From Candidatus Bathyarchaeota archaeon (GTDB taxonomy: Archaea; Thermoproteota; Bathyarchaeia; TCS64): 64,000 nt of DNA. A program made the position numbers and the translations under genes. The notes under the pieces were generated by a model, which was given only the letters and a program-made list of their open reading frames with translations, ran no database searches and was not told where the DNA came from. The stretch spans positions 1,047-65,046 of the forward strand of contig JAOZHP010000110.1 of NCBI GenBank assembly GCA_026014815.1, written 5' to 3'. Shown in pieces: positions 19,922 to 28,896 of the stretch (the first letter of the stretch is position 1; the number at the start of each line of letters is the position of its first letter).

Positions 19922-20206
19922 TTACTCTTTCTTCTTGAGGTACCAGGTCTCTCCCTTGGGGCTGGTGGTTATCTCGAAGCTGGGGTTATAGTGAAGCATC
20001 TCCTTCACGAACTCTCTCATGGTGGCCTTGGTGCCGTCGCTCCTGATGATTACCTCGTCCAGGTCGATGGTGACACGTTTACCCTTTTTATTATCAATAT
20101 CCATAACGATCAAAAGATACTTGCCTAAATCAACCTTTATTTCTTTTGAAAAAACACCGCCCCTGACTTCATACTCCATAAAAGAAAACTGTTTCTCACT
20201 GTTCAT
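19922..20206 (-). CDS. Hypothetical protein
   Basis: ORF track only. Confidence 0.3.
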   Translation of the reverse strand: MNSEKQFSFMEYEVRGGVFSKEIKVDLGKYLLIVMDIDNKKGKRVTIDLDEVIIRSDGTKATMREFVKEMLHYNPSFEITTSPKGETWYLKKKE

Positions 20207-20288
20207 GCGAGATATTCATTTGAGTTAGTCATATTGTTTTCAAGTAGTGATTGATGTCACTACAGGTGGCGCATGTGTTTATTCTCAG

Positions 20289-20867
20289 CTACTCTTTGTA
20301 TAAAAGATCATAATCAGTCAAGACCTCATAGATTTTTCCAACGGATTCATAGACCATTTCCGCGCTTTTAGCACCCGTGCAGACAAGCTTACCGGACGCA
20401 AAGAGAAGAAGAACAGTCTTAGGGTCCTGCATCCGGTAGATGAGGCCGGGGAACTGCTCTGGCTCGTACATCACGTTATCCAGTACATCCGCAGCGGTCT
20501 CCAAGTCGATCAATCCGTGGAGGTTCCCCGAGGCAACCATGTTCTGTATCACAATCTTTGGTTTACCCAGGATGACGATTCCATTGCTTTTTAACTCCCT
20601 GACTACCTTATTGACCGCGCTTCTCGCCTGTTTCTCTGACTTGGCGCCGGTGCACACCATTTTACCTGAGCTGAAGATTAAAGTGGCTGTCTTCGGCCTC
20701 TTGAGCCTGAAAACAAGGCCGGGGAACTGTTTCGGCCTGTACTCCACGTTCCTGAACACCTTCATGATATCAAGTAGGTTGATCTTCTGGTCGAGGCTTG
20801 CAGACGCTACGACGTTCACTATGTTGATGCCCAAGTCCCCGGGATCTATAATTGGTTCTTGTGTCAT
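20289..20867 (-). CDS. tbp: TATA-box binding protein
   Basis: 192 aa with two direct TBP repeats (QNMVAS...FPGLIYR, NVVASA...FPGLVFR). Confidence 0.95.
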   Translation of the reverse strand: MTQEPIIDPGDLGINIVNVVASASLDQKINLLDIMKVFRNVEYRPKQFPGLVFRLKRPKTATLIFSSGKMVCTGAKSEKQARSAVNKVVRELKSNGIVILGKPKIVIQNMVASGNLHGLIDLETAADVLDNVMYEPEQFPGLIYRMQDPKTVLLLFASGKLVCTGAKSAEMVYESVGKIYEVLTDYDLLYKE

Positions 20868-21912
20868 ACTTTTTTACTCCGCGTGTGTGTTCAAGCATCG
20901 TTTCCTCGCAGGCAATGTGGCTTGAACAAGTGTCATATGGATACCTTCAACCGGGTTTAAATACGTCACGGTGAACCCCGGGAGGCGCACACGCACCTCG
21001 GTTTAAAATAGTCATATAATTATCAAGTCGTGGCGAATCCGCGCTTCGCGCGCTCATGAATAAAAAGACTGGTTATTTCTATAGAAATGTCTCCGGTTCC
21101 TTCCATGCGCTGTACATTCTATTCAGCCTCTCTGATATCTCAAGTATCCGCGGCCTCCGAACCCAATCCTAGGTCAGTAGACTAGTGGGGTTCAACCTAT
21201 ACCCCCATTTTTTTCTCGTATAATCGCAGTCCCGACTTGATGGAAAACATCCTTCGTTGAGCAGAGCGCGGAACGTCTCCACGTTAACAAATATGGCCAG
21301 ACCTCCACCAATGTACATGAACTCGGAGAGCAAAAAGCAGGGTTCCCGCGTTGAAGCGCTGAGTACCCGTAAAGGGGTAGCTCACTTCGCTGCTCGTTTC
21401 TCTTTACGCTTTTTTCTTTTTTCTTTTCTTTCCTTCTTGGTCAAAGGTTTCTTCTTAGCACTACGCATACCCAATTCAATCGCCTCATACACTGATTGTA
21501 ATTGATGACACATAAGTCTATCAATCGATGATGACGCTCATCGCCTCAGATGGTGTCCAATCATCTTCAGTCTATGATACAATTGTGGTGAAGTGGATAA
21601 AATATTCAATTGAAAAGGATGGTGATATCATCACGAGATATAAATTTCGAACCTCACCTCCAGCACCATGTTTCTGGTGGAAAAGAGACATACTCACCGG
21701 TTAACATACACGTTTTTGTGCTTACTGGACGGCGTTTGTGAGCACATTTTGATCCAAACGGGGATGTTTTATGGCTTCTTTTAGGTAATAAGGCTTGTAT
21801 TTCCCTTTCCTTAGGTACCCCCCCGCCCCCCTGTTAGCGGCTATTCTTGTTTTAGGATAGGAAAGATGGTGATATCCTCTTTTAATCCATAATTTTTGGG
21901 GGTTTAACCAAG

Positions 21913-22458
21913 TTGCTGATTGTATCCTTGACTAATCTATACATTTATTTTCACTTCACCGAAAGTATATGTGGTGTAAAAATGGGTGGAGAAGTGGAGC
22001 ACAGTACTGCTACAAAGGTGTATGCTCTCTATGGTGCACTATTCAAAGAGATTGCTAAAGAACTAGGAGAAGGGAAAGCTCTGACACTCCATAAGAATGC
22101 GCATGAATACATCGGACTGAATACAGGTAAACAAATTCGAGAACAGATGGGCGACATCGATTATGACCTTGAGACCCTCACCAAGATTCTCCAAAAAGGC
22201 AATCAAAGTATAGGCATTGAATGTCAGATGGTCAAAAGTGCTAATTCGCTTTTACTGAGAAACTTGAGGTGCCCAATGTATGATGGTTACCGATTGGGTG
22301 GATTGGATGATAAGCTAGCTGAGATGCTATGTCAGGTTGGGGCACCTGCTAAACTTTGGACCACACTCAAGCAGTTGAATCCTGATATTATTTACAGCCT
22401 GAATCACTATAGAGATGTACCTGACGAGAGATGTGAAGAAGAAGTCAAACTACCATAA
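21913..22458 (+). CDS. Hypothetical protein. True start is probably the internal Met near 21982.
   Basis: ORF track; AT-rich island context. Confidence 0.35.
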   Translation: MLIVSLTNLYIYFHFTESICGVKMGGEVEHSTATKVYALYGALFKEIAKELGEGKALTLHKNAHEYIGLNTGKQIREQMGDIDYDLETLTKILQKGNQSIGIECQMVKSANSLLLRNLRCPMYDGYRLGGLDDKLAEMLCQVGAPAKLWTTLKQLNPDIIYSLNHYRDVPDERCEEEVKLP

Positions 22459-22500
22459 CTCTTTCTTTATCCATAATTTTGTCCACAATTCACTGTAGAT

Positions 22501-22527
22501 CAGCATCTGAGTGGTTTCAAGAAAAAG
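22501..22527. repeat. Repeat family A copy 1 (CAGCATCTGAGTGGTTTCAAGAAAAAG). Lies at the 3' end of a minus-strand gene; the reverse complement carries an oligo-T tract.
   Basis: Near-identical 27-nt core found 4 times: 22501, 23464, 26338 and 26822. Confidence 0.8.
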
Positions 22528-22590
22528 ATAGGAGACTCATTCAACGTATCAATATTAGAACTTTAACGTCAAAGGGCTTCTCAACGAGCA

Positions 22591-23337
22591 TCATTCATCC
22601 CAACTACCACTCAAGAACTCTAACGCTACACGTTTGATCTCTGAAACATATTTTTTTACAATCGAATGACCTGTATTCGGAGCAATCCACAGATACGAAT
22701 CTGGAATATAATTGTACATATTCACAGGAATAGATACAGGAAAGAAACCATCCCTATCACCATGGATTATCAGCGTCTTAGCCGTAATCGTAGAAAGATA
22801 AGGCGGTGTAAAATTCATATCATCGTAGCTATCTTTCATCTCGTAAAATTGATTCCACCACAGTCTAATCTGCTCATCGCCATGAAGGTGGATACTACGG
22901 TAGTAATTCCATTGATCTTCAGTCAAATCATCAATATTTTCTTGAGCCATTAACTCACGACATTCCTTTGGAAAATGTGGAGAGGCAGAGACAAGTATCA
23001 TAGCCTCAACACGCTTGGGCTCCTGAGTTGCCATGTGGATCAAAGTCATACCTCCTGAGCTCCATCCAACGGCTTTGAATCTCTCAATTTTTAAATGGTC
23101 AAGTAAGGCGTAGATGTCGAGTGCCGATTGTCTGTGTGTGAACTTTTTAGACGGGTTAGTTGAACGTCCGTGTCCCCTCATGTCAGGGATGATTAGCTTG
23201 TAACGTTTTTTGAAGTCTGGGATGAATGGGTTCCACATTTGGTTAGACCATGAAAATCCATGTAGGAGCACAAGCGGTTCACCTTCTCCATGAACTTCAA
23301 AGTACATCTCTATGTCGTTGACCTTAGCCAGAGGCAT
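22591..23337 (-). CDS. Alpha/beta-hydrolase fold protein
   Basis: HGFSWSNQMW and GWSSGG nucleophile-elbow motifs. Confidence 0.75.
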   Translation of the reverse strand: MPLAKVNDIEMYFEVHGEGEPLVLLHGFSWSNQMWNPFIPDFKKRYKLIIPDMRGHGRSTNPSKKFTHRQSALDIYALLDHLKIERFKAVGWSSGGMTLIHMATQEPKRVEAMILVSASPHFPKECRELMAQENIDDLTEDQWNYYRSIHLHGDEQIRLWWNQFYEMKDSYDDMNFTPPYLSTITAKTLIIHGDRDGFFPVSIPVNMYNYIPDSYLWIAPNTGHSIVKKYVSEIKRVALEFLSGSWDE

Positions 23338-23463
23338 CTATTCATCCCTCCAATGAAATTCAGAACTCATCCAAGAATGGTTGAAGACGATTTAACGGTT
23401 TAGAGGGAAGAACACTCAGAACTCAAGACCTGACTGCCCCATACTCTTTTCTTCACTAGAAAC

Positions 23464-23491
23464 AGCATCTGAGTGGTTTCAAGAAAAAAGA
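23464..23491. repeat. Repeat family A copy 2
   Basis: Same core as 22501-22527. Confidence 0.8.
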
Positions 23492-23519
23492 TGGAGAATA
23501 GCTAGGGCTCTCGACTGCT

Positions 23520-23990
23520 TCATTCCTGTAACTGCTGTACCGCCATATCGGGATTGTAGAAGATCTTGAAGACCTTAACCTTCCCATCCTTGAAATCCAC
23601 GATCCAAACCGCCACCATTTCAACCCTCTTCCCAGTCGCAGGAATCCCGGCAACGTCCTCACCAGTATGAACACCAGTCCAGTGAACCTCCGCTACAACC
23701 GTATCACCCTTGGAGATCATGCGATCCACCCGATAGACGCCATCAGACCATATCGAGAAACTTCCCTCGAACAACTCACGTAATCCCTTTTTGTCCCGTT
23801 TCTCTCCTCCAACCGTTTGAACAGTCACATCATCGGTGAAGTACTCCAGCATCTCGTCAAGTTTACGAAGATCTATCAATTCCACAATCTTGCCGATGAT
23901 CTTCTCGTTCTCACTCTCAGTCAATTCTTCATCACTCTTCCCATTCTTGTTGGTATTTGTATAGCCCCCCACCTCGGGGCTAGGTTCCAC
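23520..23990 (-). CDS. SnoaL-like/ester-cyclase (NTF2-fold) protein. The N-terminal 25 codons are encoded by repeat B, so the true start is uncertain.
   Basis: NTF2-like pattern IGKIVELIDLRKLDEMLEYFTDDVTVQ. Confidence 0.55.
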   Translation of the reverse strand: MEPSPEVGGYTNTNKNGKSDEELTESENEKIIGKIVELIDLRKLDEMLEYFTDDVTVQTVGGEKRDKKGLRELFEGSFSIWSDGVYRVDRMISKGDTVVAEVHWTGVHTGEDVAGIPATGKRVEMVAVWIVDFKDGKVKVFKIFYNPDMAVQQLQE

Positions 23991-24048
23991 CAGTTAGCCA
24001 GTGGAACCTTGAATTTCATCTGATCCTAAGAATCTATAATGTTTTGGA
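23957..24048. repeat. Repeat family B copy 1. Contains an 8-bp inverted repeat, GGTTCCAC(N10)GTGGAACC, and lies at the 5' end of a minus-strand gene.
   Basis: Shared 70-90-nt element at 23957, 26226 and 26605, with compensatory variation in the stem. Confidence 0.75.
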
Positions 24049-24164
24049 TAGTTTATCTGTTCTGCGTGGTTTCGATGAAAACCGCCACTTTTCTCGCTGA
24101 GGGCGGGGAGCTCCGAGAAGTGTAGAAAAAGAAGGGAAAAAAGAGCATTGGTTGAGGGTTTAAG

Positions 24165-24974
24165 CTATTTTTTAGATTTCAACCTTGTATTTGATAATGA
24201 ATATAAACTGTTTTTGGTCTCTTTCAGGATTTCTAAGTCTAAATCCATTAGAAATGTGTCACAATCTGCCTTTGTTAATCTGCTTAACCCAATTGCTCTT
24301 GCCCAGTCAATACATTGATCAACTAACGAAGAAAGTTCCTCTCTTTCCTGTTTTATCCTCTCAAGATATTGATTTTCTAATCTCAATTGCATTTTTTCAA
24401 GAATGTCTCTTTCCGTATCTGCTAGCAAGTCTAGTTCATATTCAGATGTAAACCTACGAACATCAACAAGTCGTGCTTTATCCAGACCTCTTTCGAATAG
24501 CCAGTCACCAAATCTATCAACATAAGACGGTAACTCTGCTCGTTCTAGTTCCATTCGTGTCTGCCTTTCTTGTTCTCGTTCTTTTTCCTGCTCCATCGAG
24601 AACAGTGCCCTAGCTTTGCTAATTTTCATCTCGATTTCAAAAGGTAGTCCGAACCTTTCATCGAGTCCTTTTGATCGTAAAAACAAGTCAAACATATTAT
24701 AGGACGGTTGAATTTCTGGGTCTGGAAACTCAGTTTGTATGAAAGTTACATACTCAGAAGCTAAGTCTTGAGGGGAGATCGTCTTAAGATAATCTGGGAC
24801 TTCTCTAGGCGATATTTCAGGATAATATTCTATTTGCCCTGATTCAATATCTTCCTCTGAAGGGATAGCCGTTTGAATTTTTTGTAGAAAATTTACGACC
24901 ATGCAGTTTTCATCGAGCCACATAACACATTGATTGCCTTTACATTCTTCTTTATAGAAGGGACAAAAACTCAC
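24165..24974 (-). CDS. Hypothetical protein with an N-terminal Cys4 zinc-finger-like motif (CPFYKEECKGNQCVMWLDENC), an acidic and coiled-coil middle, and a C-terminal coiled coil. Downstream partner of the nuclease gene.
   Basis: ORF track. Overlaps the upstream gene by 4 nt (ATGA), consistent with an operon. Confidence 0.55.
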   Translation of the reverse strand: MSFCPFYKEECKGNQCVMWLDENCMVVNFLQKIQTAIPSEEDIESGQIEYYPEISPREVPDYLKTISPQDLASEYVTFIQTEFPDPEIQPSYNMFDLFLRSKGLDERFGLPFEIEMKISKARALFSMEQEKEREQERQTRMELERAELPSYVDRFGDWLFERGLDKARLVDVRRFTSEYELDLLADTERDILEKMQLRLENQYLERIKQEREELSSLVDQCIDWARAIGLSRLTKADCDTFLMDLDLEILKETKNSLYSLSNTRLKSKK

Positions 24975-25885
24975 TTTTCTGACACCCTCCCAAGTTCTTC
25001 AAAAGCATTCTCAATCTGAGCAGAAAGTTTTCTCTTGTATTCTTTGACAACAGAGGTTATCTTATCAATGTCTCGAATATTGCGAGTTTTCAGGCTTTCA
25101 GCGGTATTATTTATTGTATCAAGTGATTTGCTGAGTGTTTGAATTTCAGTAATAATATCGTTAACTTTTGTGAGTGTTTTACTCAAATCCTCAGTTGGCT
25201 GATCCTGTATCTTGAGAGTTTCCAACTCGATGAGTTTCTTAACAATATAGAAGGCAAACAAGTGACCAGAATGGTTTAACTCGCTCTCCACCACGAAAAC
25301 TGCGGTTCGGTCCAAGTTATGTTTTAAATTAATGCAACTTGAACACTTGGAAATTCTCGAACGAAGAGATACAAAGATTCCATATTTTGTGTCTCTAACT
25401 TCCATATCTCTCCAGAACTTGTCTACTTGTGAGGTAGGGACTATACCCGTGTAGTCTTTTACTTCAATTAGAACAGGCGTGCTAGAACTGGCGACAGTAG
25501 CTAGAATGTCTGAGTGTCTACCGATTCCTGAAACATCCTCGAAAGAATCATCCATAAAATGTTCTTCAAAACTTTTGAAAACAGCTTCCTCAGTAAATTC
25601 TCCTCGTTTTGCTGGGGTCATTACTGTTGGAACAATGTGCTTTAGTTGTTCTCTAATCGTATTGATGTCTTGTCTGAGTGGTGAAAAGAATGCTTCTACT
25701 GATTCTTTACTAGTACTAATTGAAGCATGTGTAACGACCATATCGCCAAGAATAATATATTTTTCAATTATACTGTCTCGCTGTTCTTCTGGAATAGTTT
25801 CAACAATTTTAATCGCTGTTGGGTCGGTCAATGTAAGCTCAAGTTTTACTTCGTTTTGGGGTTGGTTGAGAATCATTAGTTTCAA
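24971..25885 (-). CDS. PD-(D/E)xK (Mrr/Hjc-like restriction-endonuclease fold) nuclease-domain protein with a C-terminal coiled coil
   Basis: Pattern GEFTEEAV...SDILATV...PVLIEVKDY fits E...D...ExK spacing. Residues about 200-304 are heptad-rich. Confidence 0.55.
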   Translation of the reverse strand: MKLMILNQPQNEVKLELTLTDPTAIKIVETIPEEQRDSIIEKYIILGDMVVTHASISTSKESVEAFFSPLRQDINTIREQLKHIVPTVMTPAKRGEFTEEAVFKSFEEHFMDDSFEDVSGIGRHSDILATVASSSTPVLIEVKDYTGIVPTSQVDKFWRDMEVRDTKYGIFVSLRSRISKCSSCINLKHNLDRTAVFVVESELNHSGHLFAFYIVKKLIELETLKIQDQPTEDLSKTLTKVNDIITEIQTLSKSLDTINNTAESLKTRNIRDIDKITSVVKEYKRKLSAQIENAFEELGRVSEK

Positions 25886-26225
25886 TCAAGAAGTGTAACT
25901 ATTTATTGTTTTTGAAACATCCCCCCACGGGTCGGGGCACCCTATGAATTTTCAAGATAGGGGTATGCCTTCTAGGATGCTGTGCCCCAAGTTACAATGT
26001 TACCCTCCTTAGAGGGGTTCATTAGATAGGGTAGCGTCCTTGGGCGCTGTGCTTTGTAGACTCAGTTTTGCCGTCTTCAGACGGTCACATTAAATCAGCT
26101 GAAGGGGTACCAAGAAGAGGAAAAAATTTTAAATATGTAGGGCTGTTCTGTGTGACGTTACAAATTAGCTACCACGTCTAAAAATTAGCTAATTAGATAA
26201 TCGACTAATACCCCTTTCTTAGTTC

Positions 26226-26310
26226 TCCCCACTTTGGAGCTAGGGCTCCACCAGTTAGCCAGTAGAACCTTGAGTGACATCTTATCCTTTACGTCTATAA
26301 CGTTTTGGAC
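26226..26310. repeat. Repeat family B copy 2
   Basis: Homologous to 23957-24048, including the TCTATAAYGTTTTGGA tail. Confidence 0.75.
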
Positions 26311-26337
26311 GTTCAAAGATGAATTCAAACTAGAAAA

Positions 26338-26363
26338 AGCATCTGAGTGGACTCAAGAAAAAG
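26338..26363. repeat. Repeat family A copy 3 (variant GGACTC for GGTTTC)
   Basis: Same core. Confidence 0.75.
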
Positions 26364-26396
26364 AGGGGGAATCAGCTAGTTCGGTTTTTCGGATGA

Positions 26397-26579
26397 CTAC
26401 TCGTCTTTAAAAGCAGCTTTAACTTTCGCTACCAGTTCGGGCGTGAGTTCAATCTCTGGATGTACGTTTTTTGCGTGTTCAGCAATAAGTTCCATGAGAC
26501 CTTCCTCGGTTTCGCTAGAGGCTGACCAATCACAGTCCACACCTACATCTCTACAAGCATATGTTTTTACCATCTTCAT
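26397..26579 (-). CDS. DUF1059-like small metal-binding protein
   Basis: 60 aa; MKMVKTYACRDVGVDCDWSASSETEEGLMELIAEHAKNVH matches the DUF1059 signature. Confidence 0.6.
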   Translation of the reverse strand: MKMVKTYACRDVGVDCDWSASSETEEGLMELIAEHAKNVHPEIELTPELVAKVKAAFKDE

Positions 26580-26604
26580 TTCTCCTTGTTCTTTCTTTCA
26601 CTTC

Positions 26605-26672
26605 TTGGTAATTGTATAGCTCCCAACTCCGGAGCTAGGACTCCACCAGCTAACCAGCAGAACCTTGAGTGT
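26605..26672. repeat. Repeat family B copy 3 (acts as the 5' leader of the DUF1059 gene)
   Basis: Homologous to the other B copies. An in-frame TGA upstream of the ATG shows it is untranslated here. Confidence 0.7.
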
Positions 26673-26821
26673 CAATAGACTCAAATAATATTTAACAACT
26701 TGTAAAGGATTTAATGATTTTATTTTCTTATTGTATATAATATTCGTGAAATCCAGCGTTTTGATAACGAGCTTCGACAATATTCAAATAACTATCTCCT
26801 CGACTTTTATCCTACTAAATT

Positions 26822-26850
26822 CAGCATCTGAGTGGTTTCAAGAAAAAAAG
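26822..26850. repeat. Repeat family A copy 4, followed by a tRNA T-arm-like fragment (GGGAGGGACTCGAACCC, 26850-26867)
   Basis: Same core. The adjacent segment is the reverse complement of a GGGTTCGAGTCCC T-arm. Confidence 0.7.
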
Positions 26851-26932
26851 GGAGGGACTCGAACCCTACTATATGTGGTGATATCACCCGATATCTCCTT
26901 TTTTTATATATCGTATGTAGGACCATGAAGAA

Positions 26933-26993
26933 TTTTTTATCTCAATATGACAAATTACTTGAAGCCAAAAAAAATATGGTGCAGGGGGTGGGA
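26933..26993. repeat. Distal att-like direct repeat: a copy of the 3' end of tRNA-Leu(CAG) plus about 40 nt of its 3' flank
   Basis: TTTTTATCTCAATATGACAAATTACTTGAAGCCAAAAAAAATATGGTGCAGGGGGTGGGA here, against TTTTTTCTCAATATTACAGGTTACTTGAAGCGAAAATAATGGTGCGGAGGGTGGGA at 29545-29605. Confidence 0.7.
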
Positions 26994-27034
26994 TGCCCAC
27001 ACAAAAATACTAGTAAAAACCGTGTGTGAGCATA

Positions 27035-27568
27035 TTATAATGGGAAGAGTTCTCTTTCTAATTCGTTCATCTTCTCCCTGAATCGCACATTAAAATCGCT
27101 AACCAATTCGAGATACGTCGCAAACCACGCCTCAAATACTATAACAACTTCATGAAGCCGCTTTGCCTCGTCACTATTTTTTTCTTCATCAGAGAGATTG
27201 TTCCACTCATCAAGAATTGATTCAATAACATCTAGCTTGCCAGTGACAAATCGTTCAGATATGTCTACGGTCCTCTTGAATTCGTCAAAGAAGGATTTTG
27301 CTCGTTCACCATACAACTGGGTACGGGAGCCTGGTTTAGACTCTTTTCTGATCAAGCCCCGTTGCTCTAAATTTGATAAATACCTTGATATTTGTGATCT
27401 TGAGTATCCGGTTTTTTCTGAGATCTTTTCTTGAGTAAGTGGTTCAGGAGATAATACGATCATAGAGTAGATACAGGCTATCGTTGGCTCGGTTCCCCTG
27501 AATCTGACTATGTCCTCAAGAACCCCTAGGAACGCCTCATGTAGTTTTTCGTACCCGTTGTTTGTCAT
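27035..27568 (-). CDS. Winged-helix (MarR/TrmB-like) transcriptional regulator
   Basis: HTH segment ISEKTGYSRSQISRYLSNLEQRGLIRK. Confidence 0.6.
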   Translation of the reverse strand: MTNNGYEKLHEAFLGVLEDIVRFRGTEPTIACIYSMIVLSPEPLTQEKISEKTGYSRSQISRYLSNLEQRGLIRKESKPGSRTQLYGERAKSFFDEFKRTVDISERFVTGKLDVIESILDEWNNLSDEEKNSDEAKRLHEVVIVFEAWFATYLELVSDFNVRFREKMNELERELFPL

Positions 27569-27682
27569 TGTTATCTTCTCTTATTGTTTTATAGAAAGTT
27601 CCATAGTGCTACACTAGAAAAGTGAGGATATTATAGTTACTTTCTCTACCATATATAATGTAAAACCTATTTGAAAGCTTTG

Positions 27683-28606
27683 TTATTCTTTCTTTAATTC
27701 TTTTCTCTCTATTTTATTTAATATAACGCCACATGATTTACACTTATAATCAACATCATAAACCTTCGAAACTACATCATTACTTTCATCTTCTTTAATT
27801 AATTTTGATTCAAAATATTCCAAAGACCCAATATTATTACAAACCTCACATCTAGTTCTTTCACTTATTTCTAATATAGACAATGGAATTAACCCCAAAA
27901 TAATTGATATACCCAAATATGTAGGATATCCTGTTAATATATCTCTATTGAAATAAATGGCATAAAAAATAGGGGTTTCAAATAATACAAATAAAACCAC
28001 CATTATAATTTTTTCTTTTATTAGCGGAGTTGTTTGATTATCATATACATATTGTGAATATTTTTCAATTAAACTACTCACAACATTAAACCATGAAGAC
28101 CCCTGCGGAAATTCATCTATTGATAGTGGCGAATTTGAAGTAATATCCTGAATAAATGTAACTTTTGATACCATATCAAACCATTGATCTCTGTGTTTTT
28201 TTAATTCTGAAGGAGTGTATTTTCTTCCTTTGGGATGATTTGGGTTATATGAACCCACATCGGCATGACAATCAAAACAGAGAGGAATCCCATTATCCTC
28301 ATCGTTTCCTCCATCAGGTTCTATATGATGAATTTCGATTTTTGTACCCTTGAAAGTTCTACAAAGACAACAACGCCTATTACTTTTTACTAATAAAGAT
28401 TCAGCTACAATTGGTGGAAATGGTTTAGGAGGCATTGAAATTACCTTTAATTTTAGTATTATTTTAGGGTTGTTAAGAATTTGGACAGATTTTGTAAGGA
28501 CCATTGCCCCCCCCGCTAATTTCTTCGGGTGAAACTCAGAAGGTGGGGGGGCTGCGAAATTAATTATACTTGTATGTGTAACTGAAAGTGATATTGATGG
28601 AGCCAA
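27683..28606 (-). CDS. HNH endonuclease domain fused to two TM helices and a C-terminal zinc ribbon. True start is probably the Met near 28435.
   Basis: HNH motif CCLCRTF...IEIHHIEPDGGNDEDNGIPLCFDCH. Hydrophobic helices IIMVVLFVLF and GISIILGLIPL. C-terminal CEVCN...CKSCG. Confidence 0.55.
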   Translation of the reverse strand: MAPSISLSVTHTSIINFAAPPPSEFHPKKLAGGAMVLTKSVQILNNPKIILKLKVISMPPKPFPPIVAESLLVKSNRRCCLCRTFKGTKIEIHHIEPDGGNDEDNGIPLCFDCHADVGSYNPNHPKGRKYTPSELKKHRDQWFDMVSKVTFIQDITSNSPLSIDEFPQGSSWFNVVSSLIEKYSQYVYDNQTTPLIKEKIIMVVLFVLFETPIFYAIYFNRDILTGYPTYLGISIILGLIPLSILEISERTRCEVCNNIGSLEYFESKLIKEDESNDVVSKVYDVDYKCKSCGVILNKIERKELKKE

Positions 28607-28896
28607 ATCTAAGAGGGAGAGTCGAAGCGTTTCTTGATAGATTATTAACTGATGAAATATTTTCTAATGTAATGCGAGGAATTACTACACTTAAAAACGA
28701 GTGGATGTTTGAGTCAATTGATAGCTTCTATTTAGGAGTAATATTCGGATTAACAACAGAATATATCTTACGTGATTATTCTGACCAAGGAAAAGATATC
28801 GAAGACTGGGAGAAGTTATCAAATGAAACAGTCTCTGTTCTTACTAGAAGATTATCAGAGATTAGAAGACAATTCGAACTACACATCAATAAGTAA
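28588..28896 (+). CDS. Hypothetical protein
   Basis: ORF track only. Confidence 0.3.
   Translation: MILMEPNLRGRVEAFLDRLLTDEIFSNVMRGITTLKNEWMFESIDSFYLGVIFGLTTEYILRDYSDQGKDIEDWEKLSNETVSVLTRRLSEIRRQFELHINK

Noticed and set aside
21257-21505. 82-aa plus-strand ORF in the tbp-proximal gap
   Set aside because: Low-complexity F/L/S-rich translation of a pyrimidine-rich tract with no start context. The antisense lysine-rich mini-ORF is noted only as a low-confidence finding.
26850-26900. Full tRNA gene at repeat A4
   Set aside because: Only a T-arm/acceptor-like fragment (GGGTTCGAGTCCC) is present. The adjacent GGTGATATCACC palindrome cannot form an anticodon arm, so this is a fragment or att remnant, not a gene.
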